A stretch of 64,000 nt of DNA from Nostoc sp. (GTDB lineage: Bacteria; Cyanobacteriota; Cyanobacteriia; Cyanobacteriales; Nostocaceae): NCBI GenBank assembly GCA_036918135.1, contig JBALDB010000003.1:52337-116336 (forward strand). Reading direction: 5' to 3'. Positions 29,288-40,743 of the stretch are shown one piece after another. Below the pieces are notes generated by a model, which was not told the origin of the DNA, searched no databases, and saw only the letters and a list, made by a program, of their open reading frames with translations. The translations under genes and the position numbers were made by a program. The first letter of the stretch is position 1. Each line of letters starts with the position of its first letter.

Positions 29288-32200
29288 TTACCCAGGTAGA
29301 GGTAAACCTGTAACTGCGATCGCACTAGCTGCAAGGGAAGTTAATGCTGTGCCAAATATCCACCAAGCTGCATTTGCAACGGTTTTTTTGGTTTCTTCGG
29401 CTTGCTTTTTAGCTTGTTGTTGAATCGCTTTCAGGCGTTTTTAGGTTTCTTTTTGAATGCGTTCGGCTCGTTGCAATACGCCATTTCGCGCCGCTTCTAT
29501 TTGGTCAATAATCCGGTTGGCGTCTGCTTGGGAAATATCCTCACGAGAACTCAGGACAGCGACTAGGGTGTTGCGGTCGAATTGAGTCAGGCGATCGCGC
29601 AAGGCTTCAAATCCAGCTTCCGGATCGTCGAAGACTTTGGCAAAGTCTTGCTTAATTCCTTCATAGTTGAGTTCCGGACGATCCAAAGAGTTAAGATAGC
29701 TACGAATTTTGGCAAAAGTCCCATCTAAAATTGATTGCACTTTTTGTTGAATCTGTTGGAATTGTTCGACAATGGAATTGCGAACAGATTCGATTCGATC
29801 CACAATTTGGTTAGCTTCTTCTTGTGAGATATCCTCCCGTTGAGATAGCAGCGCCACAATTGTCGAACGGTCAAATTTTGAGGCGCGATCGCTTAAATTC
29901 TCAATTCCAGCGCGGGGAGAAGATAACAGCAATTGCAAATCGCGTTTGATTCCTTCGGGGTTGAGTTCTTCTTTATTAGTATTTTGCAGGTAGTCTTCGA
30001 GATTAGCTTCAAAATCTAAAATCCTTTGAGTGGTACGCTTTGCTAAACGTCGCGGCGCTTTGAGAATATCACGAATCGCATCTTCGACGCGATCGATAAT
30101 CTGATTAACTTGCTCTTGGCTCAAGTCTCCCCCCTGACTGACAAGTTGAACCAAGGTTTCTCGATCGACTTGAGACAAGCGATCGCGCAATGCTAATGCA
30201 CCCGCTTTAGGATCGTCGAGTGATGTTTCCAAATCACGCTTGATACCTTCTGGATCGAGTTCTGCCAAATTGGTATTGCGGAGATATTCTGCAATCGCTT
30301 TTGTAGTTTTTTCGTACTGTTCTTTCGCTTGCTGGGGTGCTTGCAAAATACTATCTCGGACGGCTTCGAGTCGATCGAGAATTTGGTTAATCTGTTCTTC
30401 GCTCAAATCTTGACGTTGACTGAGCAATTGTACCAGGGTATCACGGTCAAATTGCGATAAGCGTGAGCGCAAAAGGCTAATTCCGGCTTGCGGATCTTCT
30501 AGTAAAACTCTAAAATCTCGTTTGATACCTTCGGGATTGAGTTCTTCTTTGTTAGTATTGAGCAAATAATCTTCAACTCTTTGCCGCAATTCATCGGCTT
30601 TAGCTTTAGCTTGTTCTTGCAATTCTCTGGCACGATTTAAAATTTTATCGCGGTTGCTCTCAAGTTGACTAACAATATTATTCGCTTCTTCTTCACTGAT
30701 ATCTTGACGTTGTTGCAGCAATTGTACAAAAGTATCGCGGTCAAATTGCCCGAAGCGATCGCTTCAATCTTCAAAGCCGGCTTCTGGATTTTCTACTAAC
30801 CGAGCAAAGTCCCGTTCTATACCTTCCGGATTGAGTTCGTCTTTGCCAGTTGAACGCAGATAATCTTCAATGCGGGTACGGAAATCTTGACTTTTTGTTC
30901 GCGCTTCGGTCTGTTTTACAGTTTCTAAAACTTCCTGGCGATCGCTTTCCATTTGTTCGGCAATTTCTGTTACCCTAGCTTCGCTGATATCATTCCGCTG
31001 CTTCAATAAATTTGCAAAATATTCTTGATTGAGTTCTTCCAACTCTCGTCTGACAGTTGCCGGGTTTGCATTTACGTCATAGATGACTTCTTTGAATTCT
31101 TCTTTGAGGCTAATCCGGTTAAAGTGCCAAGGAAAGGAATTTAAAATGTAGTCTTCTACATCTGCTTTGATTGTATTTTATAGCGATATTGGTAATCTTG
31201 CTGTTGCTTGTTCTCTCAAATTTTGTAGTTGTTGTGTAATTTCTTCGACATCGACATCTTTAACTTTCTCTTTTAGTTTTTGCAACTGAGTTGTAATTTT
31301 GTTCACATCGATGTCAGAAAGGTTTAGTCTATGCAAAACAGCTGGTACAGCCGCAGTCAAGCCAAATCGAACAGCTTGGTTAATTACACCATTACTTTGC
31401 TTCCCATTACCACCTCCAACTGTAACTAATTGCTGAAGTCTTTCACCTAAATCCTCTGAATTGAGTTCTTTGTGAGTGGCAGATTGGAGTAAATTAATTA
31501 CTTGCTGTGTTGGATTTTTCCGATTTAAAGCTTGTTGCCAAGCACCTTCTAATTGGTCAGTAATACGATTGATATCTTCTTTAGATAAATCAGTGCGATC
31601 GCTAACTAAATCCACAAAAGTTTGACGGTTGACATTTTGGAATAAATCACTATTAACAACAGATTGTAAATCTCTATCTTGAATAAGTTGGTCAAATTGA
31701 GAACGAATTTCTTTCAGATCCAACTTCGGTAATTGCACAGAAGCTAAAGAACTTTGCAGCGTATTTTTAATACTTTCAGAGTCAAAACCTGATGTTAATT
31801 CTCGCCGAACTGCGGCTGTAACTTCTTCTGCTGTAGAAACCAATTGTTGTTTGGCAGTATTAGCACTGATACCAGTAGTTGCAGTACCCACCAGAGTTTG
31901 AAAACCAGAAGTTACAGTACTGGCAATAGAACCAATTAAAGAACCTACTGCGGACGATCCGAACCAAATTATCAGTGAGAAATAAATAGACCAGATGACT
32001 ACACCAATAATTGCTCCTAGAAATGCATTTTCGACTAAGCTAAGTTTTACCGCCAGAAAACAAGCAATGAATAATGCAATACTAGCGGTTATTAATCCCC
32101 AAGAACCGACTTTACCTTGAACTTTACGAATTTTACTACCTAGCCTTACTGACTCATCATCGTCTGAATCAATTTCCCAAGATGAAATTCCGACAGCAAC

Positions 32201-32384
32201 TGAAAAGTTTGTAAATAACAATTGCAAAGCTAAGGTCATTGAAACCCCAGCATGCTACTAAGAATTTAGGCCCAGCAAAAAGAACAGATGCTTCTTCTGG
32301 AGTTAGTAATTGTTGAGCAATCAGAGGTGTTAATCCAAAAGATAGCGAATCCCATTCTAATATCGATAAAATTCTTGTAAACAT
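29288..32384 (-). pseudogene. Disrupted large membrane-anchored helical-repeat protein (LNPEGIKRD...FDRDTLVxLLSQR repeats)
   Basis: One frameshift near 32240 and in-frame stops at 31178, 30764 and 29441; reading continues in frame across each stop to ...AAWWIFGTALTSLAASAIAVTGLPLPG* at 29288. Confidence 0.85.
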
Positions 32385-32988
32385 CCTATTTTCTCACTTG
32401 CATTCAATCAAATAGCCATTTTTTGATAATATTGTCTATTTATTAGTTTAGAAATTGAATTAATTAAACTTACACTTTCCCAGGTAATAAAAACTTTTGT
32501 CAAAAGTCGTACTTTTATAAGTATTAGTTATTTTAATTACTCTTTTCAAAAAATTACAAAAATAATATATTGGGCAATTTACCCTTAGTTAACTAAAGAA
32601 CAGGTTTAAAATTATTTATACTTATTAAATAGCTCATTTGATAACAAATTAATTATTTAGTTAGATAATTTAAATTTGTGATATTCATCTTCTTCAAAAT
32701 AACTACGTATTTATTTAATAAATAACCGTAATTTAAGTAATTAATAATTTTTAATTGTCGAAATACCAATATTGATTGTTGAAGTTAAAAGTTAGCTACA
32801 AAATCATATTTGATACTGACATTTTTACTTACTTTCTTTAGATAAAAACACTTATATCTGTTGATAGATAAAAACTTATTCCAAGCGATTGATGAAAAAG
32901 AAACATAAACATGTATAAATAGGTGTTACTACCAGCTATAACCGAGCTATAAATTTTTGAATAATTTATTTTACTGTGGAGAAAAATA

Positions 32989-34620
32989 ATGGTTGTAGGT
33001 GTACAGAAGCGTGCTGTAGGCGTATTTTCAAATCGTCGAGATGTTGAACATGCACTACACGAATTGAAAAATGCCGGCTTTGATATGAATAGAGTATCTG
33101 TTATTACGCAAGATGGAGAGCGTGATGATATTGCTGGCGCCGAAGTACGCGATCGCATTGGTGATAAATCCGATGAAGGTGCGGCGGTGGGAGCAGTTTC
33201 TGGTGGTGCTTTGGGGGGATTAACAGGCTTATTAGTTGGTCTTGGTACTTTAGCAATTCCAGGAATTGGGCCAGTTATGTTAGCTGGAGCAGCAGCAACC
33301 GCTCTGGCTACCACTCTCGCTGGAGCAGGTATCGGTGCAGTAGCCGGTAGTTTGCTTGGGGCATTAATTGGTTTAGGAATTCCGGAAGAACGAGCCAGAG
33401 TATACGACGAACGCGTTAGACGAGGACAATATTTAGTCATCCTTGATGGTACGGATGCAGAAATTGCTAGAGCAGAAGCAATTTTACGTCAGCGTGGTAT
33501 CGAAGAGTTAGGCATTTACGACCACCCAGATAGCACATATCCGACAACAGGTGTTGCTAATAGAGATGTAGTTGCTGGCAAATATGCAGTAGGATACTTT
33601 TCTCATCGTCAAGATGCGGAAAGTGCAATTAACGATTTGCGAAATGCGGGTTTCCCTTTAAATCAAATTTCCTTAATTTATAAAGACTCTTTAGGACGGG
33701 AATCTTTTGGAGGGGTTCATGTGAGCGAGCGCTGGGACTCAACACGTTGGGTTCTACCACATGACCGGACTAATTTCTATAACGAACGCATCAATCAAGG
33801 GGATTACATTATCCTTGTAGGTGGTACGGAAGCTGAAATTCAACGTGCAGCTGCTATTATCAGTGGGCATGGAATTCAACAGTGGCAAATTTACGATGCA
33901 ACTGCTTACACCCCTACAACTACATCTGAAGCTACATCAGTACAAGCAGCCAAACGCGCGATCGGTGTATTTTCTCATCGTCGAGATGCAGAAGCAGCAC
34001 TTACAGAATTGCGAGATGCGGGGTTCCCATTGAGTAGAGTCTCAGTGATTGCCAAAGATGCAGACGATCGTGGGATCGCTGGAGTAGATAATAGAAACAT
34101 TGGTGCAGGCAACAAAGCAGACGACGGTGCCAAAGCTGGTGCAGCTACCGGCGGCGTCGTAGGCGGCTTGACAGGTTTATTAGTTGGTCTTGGTACTTTA
34201 GCAATTCCAGGAATCGGCCCGGTGATCGCAGGTGGTGCAGCAGCTACCGCCATAGCAACAACACTGGCTGGTGGTGCCATTGGTGCAGCAGCTGGGGGTA
34301 TTGTTGGCGGGCTGGTTGGTTTAGGAATTCCGGAAGATAGAGCTAGAGTTTATAGCGATCGCTTCCAAAGAGGGGATTACTTATTAATTGTTGATGGTAC
34401 TGAAGGTGAAATCCGCCAAGCTGAAGCTATTCTCAAACGTCAGGGTATTGAAGAATTCGAGACGTATGACGCTAGGGATCTAGGTGAAGATCGCTCAGGT
34501 TTTGAGCGAGGAACCTATGACAACACAGAAATTTTTGAGCGCGATCGGATCGACTACGCAACAGTTGATAGAGACGAGCCTGCTGTGATTATTGTTGACA
34601 ATCGGGATGAAACAATCTAA
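32989..34620 (+). CDS. General-stress-type membrane protein with duplicated glycine-zipper modules
   Basis: Three AVGxFSxRxDAExA units; two GLLVGLGTLAIPGIGPV...LGIPE segments. Confidence 0.8.
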   Translation: MVVGVQKRAVGVFSNRRDVEHALHELKNAGFDMNRVSVITQDGERDDIAGAEVRDRIGDKSDEGAAVGAVSGGALGGLTGLLVGLGTLAIPGIGPVMLAGAAATALATTLAGAGIGAVAGSLLGALIGLGIPEERARVYDERVRRGQYLVILDGTDAEIARAEAILRQRGIEELGIYDHPDSTYPTTGVANRDVVAGKYAVGYFSHRQDAESAINDLRNAGFPLNQISLIYKDSLGRESFGGVHVSERWDSTRWVLPHDRTNFYNERINQGDYIILVGGTEAEIQRAAAIISGHGIQQWQIYDATAYTPTTTSEATSVQAAKRAIGVFSHRRDAEAALTELRDAGFPLSRVSVIAKDADDRGIAGVDNRNIGAGNKADDGAKAGAATGGVVGGLTGLLVGLGTLAIPGIGPVIAGGAAATAIATTLAGGAIGAAAGGIVGGLVGLGIPEDRARVYSDRFQRGDYLLIVDGTEGEIRQAEAILKRQGIEEFETYDARDLGEDRSGFERGTYDNTEIFERDRIDYATVDRDEPAVIIVDNRDETI

Positions 34621-34889
34621 ATTCAGAATTCAGAATTTAAAATTTTAAATTCTAAATCCTGTGAGTATACAGAGGGGATTAATCGAATCTCTACTCTAAA
34701 TTCTCAGCAGCAGTTCCTCATGGGGAGCCACTCCACTGCGGCGGTTCCCCGTTGTCGGTAAAACGTCTTCCTCCAGGGTAGGAAGTGGTATAGAAACCTT
34801 TAAGACTGCACTACCTCCTCCTGACTCCTTGCTCCTCACTTGTGCCGTGAATTTCAACAAATTTCACTTTCTGACTCAGAATTAAACAT

Positions 34890-35351
34890 ATGCAAAAGCT
34901 AACTCCCTTCGTAATTAGTTGCCTTTTAGTTTTTGGTGTTGCTGCTTGTGATAATGCTTCTAAAACAAGTGAATCGGCACCTGGTAATCCCAATCAAGCT
35001 CCACAAACACCTAGCGCACAAACAACAGAAGCCTCTCAAAAAGATGCACAAAGTGAACTCCGTAGAAAACAAGCGAATGCCGATATTCGTGCCCGCGAAC
35101 AGCGCAATAATGCTACTGGAGGCGATGCAGATAGAGATAAAGGTGACCTAGCAAGTGAAGTTCGCTCTAAGTTGGAAGTTAATATACCCAATGGTCAACT
35201 AACAGTTGATGCAGCCAAAGATGGAACTATAACTGTAGGAGGAACCGTAAACAATAAAGAGCAACTTGCTAAAATTGAACCTTTGTCCAAGCAAATTAAA
35301 GGCGTCAAAAATGTAGTTGTGAAAGCTGTAGTTGCCCCACCAAAAAAATAA
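34890..35351 (+). CDS. BON-domain lipoprotein
   Basis: Lipobox VAAC; C-terminal ITVGGTV...A.I...IKGVKNV. Confidence 0.85.
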   Translation: MQKLTPFVISCLLVFGVAACDNASKTSESAPGNPNQAPQTPSAQTTEASQKDAQSELRRKQANADIRAREQRNNATGGDADRDKGDLASEVRSKLEVNIPNGQLTVDAAKDGTITVGGTVNNKEQLAKIEPLSKQIKGVKNVVVKAVVAPPKK

Positions 35352-35498
35352 GTCACCTAACAACAATCTAAATAAGTGAGTAGGCAGCTATAAAGAAGAC
35401 TTACAGCAGACTTAAATTTGGCTAATTCGACAAACTAAACTAAGTCTAGTAGTGATTCTGCTATAAATGCCCCTACTCAGTCTTAGTTATTAATCAGA

Positions 35499-35617
35499 TA
35501 CAGCAGTTTTCTTTTGCATCAAGTACAAAGCTACGAGTTTTGAGGCAGGAGGTAGAAACTTTTTATATCTAATTTTAAGTCCTGCATTTGTACCTCATTT
35601 ACTTGCAAAGTGCTGTA
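35499..35617. mobile_element. MITE family B, inverted relative of 5023-5150
   Basis: TACAGCAG...GTGCTGTA ends; TTTGTACCTCATTTACTTGCAAA is the reverse complement of the left arm of the 5023 copy. Confidence 0.75.
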
Positions 35618-35904
35618 AGTATAAGATTTGATTGAATTCAAATTTTTTACACTCTTAATTATAGAGATAACTCAAAGGCAATTTAAAAATCGAGTAATAC
35701 ATCACGGTATAAATAGAGCAATTATTTAAAATTTATATAAAGACTGCTATATAATACTTTTAAATTTGATTTTTCCCTTGCGTTTATATAAGTGCTATAC
35801 TTAACTAGTGACAAAAAATTATTGACAACTGACAAGTTGAATAATTATATTTATTGACGCTCAAACAGTTATAAGAACTCTTGTCATTGCTAAAAACTAA
35901 AACT

Positions 35905-36333
35905 ATGGAATCCCAACAACAGCAACTCGAATCTATCAATCCCTCTTCATTAGAAACTAAGCTAGCACTTGAAGGGACAAACACTACAAACTTGCCAAAG
36001 CTACCACCAGCACCAGAATCTCAGTGGGAAAAAATTAGTAGACAAGTTGCTGAATTTTTTGAGCATTTGCCACAATACTTAAGCAGCTTTTTTAAGGACT
36101 ACAAGCAGCCTTTAATAACAGTTGCTTTAATTTTGACAGCGCTCGTCACAGTTAAGGTAACACTAGCAGTTTTAGATGCTATTCACCATACTCCACTACT
36201 TTCAACAATTTTTGAGTTAATTGGAATTGCTTACACCACTTGGTTTATTTTTCGTTACCTGCTTAGGGTTTCAAATCGCCAAGAATTAGCCCAAGAGATT
36301 CGATTACTGAAAAACCAAATTGTCGGTGAATAA
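35905..36333 (+). CDS. CAAD (CURT1-like) domain membrane protein
   Basis: LAVLDAI...PLL..IFELIGI.Y..WF..RYLL...RQEL. Confidence 0.85.
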   Translation: MESQQQQLESINPSSLETKLALEGTNTTNLPKLPPAPESQWEKISRQVAEFFEHLPQYLSSFFKDYKQPLITVALILTALVTVKVTLAVLDAIHHTPLLSTIFELIGIAYTTWFIFRYLLRVSNRQELAQEIRLLKNQIVGE

Positions 36334-36369
36334 ATTTCTAAATTATTAAGTTAGTTTCATCCTCAGACT

Positions 36370-36421
36370 CCCACACCCTGCAATCTCATTCCTTTCAAAG
36401 AGTAGGATTGCAGGGTGTGGG
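36370..36421. terminator. Strong hairpin after the CAAD gene
   Basis: Perfect 16-bp inverted repeat CCCACACCCTGCAATC / GATTGCAGGGTGTGGG. Confidence 0.55.
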
Positions 36422-36619
36422 CTATATTGAGGAACGAAGAATAATCACTTCTACATTAGAAAAACTCCAAGGTAGAGGGCAAGAGGTAGAAGGAATACTG
36501 TATTTTTTAAATACTGCCGCAACCAAAGGGAGCAACACCATATTGGTCTTTGGCTTCTGGTTTCTTTACTTGAGTAGATAAACAGCGATAATGTACTCAA
36601 ATTATCACCGAGTTGTTTC

Positions 36620-37744
36620 ATGCTGCCAGTTATCAAAACCATTCCTTTACGTCAAATGGCTTCGGGCGATCGCCTTTTTCTCCAAGTTTACAAATTCATC
36701 GGCGCTCAACCTGGTAAAAAGGTTTACATTCAATCTAATTTACACGGTGCAGAAATTGTTGGCAATGCCGTCATTCACCAGCTAATTGAATTTTTATCAA
36801 CAATAAATAATACAAATTTAATTGGAGAAATTTGGCTTGTTCCAGTTTGTAATCCAATGGGTGCAAATGAACGCGCTCAGCATTTTTCTCCTGGACGTTA
36901 CTGCGTTTACGAAGCTAAAGACTGGAATCGTATATTTTGGGATTACGAGAAAGAAGCTGATGATTTAGTAGCTTTCACAAAATCTCAACTTCATCTTGAT
37001 ATAGAGGTCATTCGACAAAATTATCTAACTGTAATTAAGCAACAATTTGCTAAAATTTTATTAAAAATTAATTCTCCTAGTGCTGTGCCCTACACTGAGC
37101 TTTTTAGCTACAAACTACAAAATCTCAGTTTAGATGCAGACTATTTAATTGATTTACATAGTTCTACTAATCAAGCTTTAGACTACGTTTATTACTTCCG
37201 AAATCGAGAAGAAAGTGCAAAATACTTCCTGCTTGATTTCGGAATCTTACTGGATAAATATGATGGTGACGCTTTTGATGAAGCATTTATCAAACCTTGG
37301 TTAGCACTGGAAGCTTGTTTTCAAAAATTTGATAGAGAAATCAAGTTTGATATCGAGGCTTGGACTTTAGAATTGGGAGCAGGAATGCAAATGAACCTTG
37401 ATTCAGTTGCTAAAGGTGTACGGGGTATAAAAAACTATTTAGCCCAAAAAGGTGTTTTACAAGTTCGTAATTTATCTGATACAAAAAACCATCAAATGAA
37501 TTTTGTATGCAGCCGCAACCGAAAAAAATATTATGCGATCGCCGGTGGTATGATTCAAGAAAGAATCGAATTAGGTAGCACTGTTAAAGCTGGAGAAAAA
37601 TTGTATCAAATTCTCAGTTTTAATAAAGAAAGTCAGTTACCTACTGTAATTGATGTCTGCGCTCAACAAGATGGATTAGTTTATGATGTTGCAACTAATC
37701 AAGCTGTGAATGAAGGTGAATTTGTATTAGGGGTTATAAGTTAG
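36620..37744 (+). CDS. Succinylglutamate desuccinylase/aspartoacylase family (M14) protein
   Basis: HGAE..G, VPVCNP.G, DWNRIF, LIDLHS, TLELG. Confidence 0.88.
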   Translation: MLPVIKTIPLRQMASGDRLFLQVYKFIGAQPGKKVYIQSNLHGAEIVGNAVIHQLIEFLSTINNTNLIGEIWLVPVCNPMGANERAQHFSPGRYCVYEAKDWNRIFWDYEKEADDLVAFTKSQLHLDIEVIRQNYLTVIKQQFAKILLKINSPSAVPYTELFSYKLQNLSLDADYLIDLHSSTNQALDYVYYFRNREESAKYFLLDFGILLDKYDGDAFDEAFIKPWLALEACFQKFDREIKFDIEAWTLELGAGMQMNLDSVAKGVRGIKNYLAQKGVLQVRNLSDTKNHQMNFVCSRNRKKYYAIAGGMIQERIELGSTVKAGEKLYQILSFNKESQLPTVIDVCAQQDGLVYDVATNQAVNEGEFVLGVIS

Positions 37745-37767
37745 TATATCGGTTACAAATTAAGATA

Positions 37768-37790
37768 AGAGACGCGATTTATTGCGTCTT
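37768..37790. repeat. REP-like palindrome AGACGCGATTTATTGCGTCT (degenerate relatives at 39779-39806, 47838-47865, 55280-55301)
   Basis: Inverted repeats of the GTAGAGAC...GTCTCTAC type. Confidence 0.6.
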
Positions 37791-37805
37791 TGGAATTTTA
37801 TATGC

Positions 37806-38666
37806 TTAAAAATACTTAGACAACAACCAGATAATTATTCCAGTTCCCACTAGACAAATAATTCCTGACAAGCCAGCTAGAGGTTTCTTGTTCTTACCTG
37901 TGAACCAGTCAGAGACTTTACCAGTGTAAGTAATCAGTTCTGCTGTGTCTATGGTAGCGATCGCCCATACCCATCCTGCATGTAGTCCCCAAGCTAAACC
38001 CAAATTACCGCGATCGGCAAACCGTGCCAACACCAGCACCATTCCCATCAGCCACAATCCAGGGAGTTGAGGTACAGTTTCGCGTTGTTCCCAAACGAGA
38101 TGTAATAAAGCAAAAATCAAGCTAGAAATTATTGCTGCTAACCAAACCGGATAATCCTGGGCTAATTCAGTCAACAAAAAACCGCGAAAAACTAACTCTT
38201 CTATCCCACCAACTAATAACGCTATCAAGAAAATTGGTAGCAAGATAGGTAGTAATAACTTAATATTCGTATTTTGAAAAGAACACCAACCTAACCCAAA
38301 TTCCCCACTAAATACAATAGCTAGGCTTAGCACTCCCAAGCCTAAACCTAGTGCTAAAGAATTTAGAATTGAAAGACTGCCAACAAAGCCATAATCTAAC
38401 AAAGATCTATTGACCAACCAACTAAATCCCCAGATAATCGGGGGAGCTAATAGGTAAAGTGACACTAACAATGGCATCTTTTGCTCTGGCTGCAAAAATT
38501 TTGTCGGTTGCCAATTGAGCAATATTCCTGATATTGTTACCAGTGGTAACCAACACCCTACCCAGCAAATTAGGAATGCGATCGCTACAACTAGTCCAGG
38601 TGCATTTTCCATAAATGCCAGTAAGGCGTTGACTGAAAGTTCAAAAAAATTTATCAACACAAACAA
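37806..38666 (-). CDS. CPBP (Abi/CAAX) intramembrane metalloprotease
   Basis: EELVFRG, FALLH and WGLHAGW motifs; multiple TM segments. Confidence 0.92.
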   Translation of the reverse strand: MFVLINFFELSVNALLAFMENAPGLVVAIAFLICWVGCWLPLVTISGILLNWQPTKFLQPEQKMPLLVSLYLLAPPIIWGFSWLVNRSLLDYGFVGSLSILNSLALGLGLGVLSLAIVFSGEFGLGWCSFQNTNIKLLLPILLPIFLIALLVGGIEELVFRGFLLTELAQDYPVWLAAIISSLIFALLHLVWEQRETVPQLPGLWLMGMVLVLARFADRGNLGLAWGLHAGWVWAIATIDTAELITYTGKVSDWFTGKNKKPLAGLSGIICLVGTGIIIWLLSKYF

Positions 38667-38863
38667 AAAAATACGATAGACTTCTTAGACTATAGATTTC
38701 CTGCTAATAAATCAAGACTCTACTAAATTTACTGACTCTGGCAAAGAGTCTAATCGTATTTTTTTCCTCGACAAAATTTTCTCAACACAGCTACCAATTG
38801 CTATCAGGGTAAGGACAAGTTATCAAGTATTCACCTGAAACTCATCCTTCCCATCAGCTTTCT

Positions 38864-39304
38864 TTACTCTTCCTCGTCCAAATCTTCGTCCGATTCGTCA
38901 TCAGAGTCTAAATCTTGTGAGGTTAGTTTTTTATCGCTTTCACCAAGTTGAATCAGATGAATATGCTTGTATCCCAACCTAATTTCAAACTCATCTCCAG
39001 GCTTTAAGCTCATTGCTTTGGTATATGTAGCACCAATCACAATTTGACCATTTTGATGCACACTAACGCGATACGTCGGTTCACGACCACGACCATCTTT
39101 TGGTGCTTCAGGACTTAGAGGAATCCCCCTAGCTGATAACAAAGCGTCATAAAAATCAGTGAGATTGACGCGAACCTGGTTATTCTTTGTAACAGTGTAA
39201 TAGCCGCACTGCTTGGCTCTTTCTCGGCGTGGTAAAGTGGAAAGTTCTTTTACTTTAGCAAGTAACGCTTTTCCGGTTAATGGCGCGGTTGCAGTTTCAC
39301 TCAT
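38864..39304 (-). CDS. calA: Cyanobacterial AbrB-like transcriptional regulator (cyAbrB/CalA type)
   Basis: LTGKALL.KVKEL...AKQCGY...FYDALL.A.G...GR...V..NGQIVIGATYT..M.L.PGDEFEI.LG.K.I.L; adjacent to a CPBP gene and divergent from sdhB. Confidence 0.85.
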   Translation of the reverse strand: MSETATAPLTGKALLAKVKELSTLPRRERAKQCGYYTVTKNNQVRVNLTDFYDALLSARGIPLSPEAPKDGRGREPTYRVSVHQNGQIVIGATYTKAMSLKPGDEFEIRLGYKHIHLIQLGESDKKLTSQDLDSDDESDEDLDEEE

Positions 39305-40743
39305 TATGCTCAATTTTTCCTTACTCTCTCCAAACTGATAAACGATGTAGTTTCATGCCAGTATTCGGTTTTTTAGCATCTGATAAAGCTACTTAGGACA
39401 CTAATGTGACGCGTGAATTCCTGCTGAACAAAGCCAAAAGCACTTCTATTATGGTTGTTCACAACCTATTAGAGGTCAGAGTTCCCAAAGAGATTAATTT
39501 TGGTGATTTTACGGTACTTTTAACCATTATTCGCCATCAGAAAGCAAACTATTTTCTCTTTTGGCGCTAGTGTAGCGGTGTAATTTTCAGCCACCTTTAC
39601 AAATTGGCTAGGTTCTACTACAAATAAGTTGTAGATCCAAGAAATTGCAGGTTTTTCACTTCAGTGGTTGCCCTGATTGCCAATGAGCAAGTAGAGTTTT
39701 CTCCACTCATCCTCAAAAGCTGAGGACAGCATAGTATTTTAATAGAGTCCTATGGGTTTACACCCTTTTGTCCTGCGAGTAGAGATGTGAATTTTCTTGT
39801 CTCTACATTACGAATCAACAAAGCAGTAGTAGCTGCGCTGATACAGCTATTGATTCTGGTTTTGTGAGTTCGTAATTTTATATTAAATACTAGCATGGAC
39901 TAATAATAGCAAAATAGTTGTTTAATTTTGAATTAAACTTGCTGGTAAATTTTTATTTAAATCACTGGACTTCAGTCATAAAAAACCAGTCAGGATTTTT
40001 CTAACCCTTGATTGCAAGCGTGAGTATTGTCCGATGGCTTTTAGAAAAATTTATCTAATTTAGACGAGCAGTTTTGACCAATCAGTGAAATCTAAGATTT
40101 TTTTGATTCAGAGGAGGCAAAAAGCAAAAAGTCTCGTCTGTCCAGGTTTCCCGGTGCAAAAACTTTTCTTTGAAAGTGATGAGATTTTTTTTAGGTTTAT
40201 TACCGTCAAGTAAAAAGTGATTAGAGGATTCTGTACGTCTGTCTATGGGAAGAATAAATCTCTTAACATATGTCTAGTGCTTAATTGTCACCAGCATCTA
40301 TTGAGGTGAGCTTTCACACTTCTATATAATTAAAATATTCTGCCTTCGCTACTGGTTAAAGGATTTTGAGAGCCAGTTGCTTTAACACAAGTTGACATAG
40401 ATTTAATTTGGATACGATCGCTAGATAGGAGATGAACGTAAGTCACTCCCAAGCAAACCGCCTTTAGTTGACACTTCCCAACAGCTAAATTCAATTTCTA
40501 GCTGCGATAATAATTTTAGTGTTTTAGCTCAGAACTTGACGCAAATCTGTTATATAGCAGTATTACAAGTCAAACTTTAATCGTTATCCTTAAACTAGAA
40601 TCAGTCACTCTTTTATCGTCAGCTTATTAACATCAGACTTAGAATTAAGAGTAAAAAGAATATGGCTCAGGAGTGACAACTAGCGCCCTTGATTGATAAT
40701 TTTCGAGACTGATGAAGCAATTTTAAAATTTTGGTTAAAAGCA

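Noticed and set aside
32838..34280. Antisense Ala/Pro-rich ORFs (32838-33440, 33975-34280) and other shadow ORFs opposite uvrA, accC, aphC and hmpD
   Set aside because: Mirror frames of well-supported genes with no independent coding evidence
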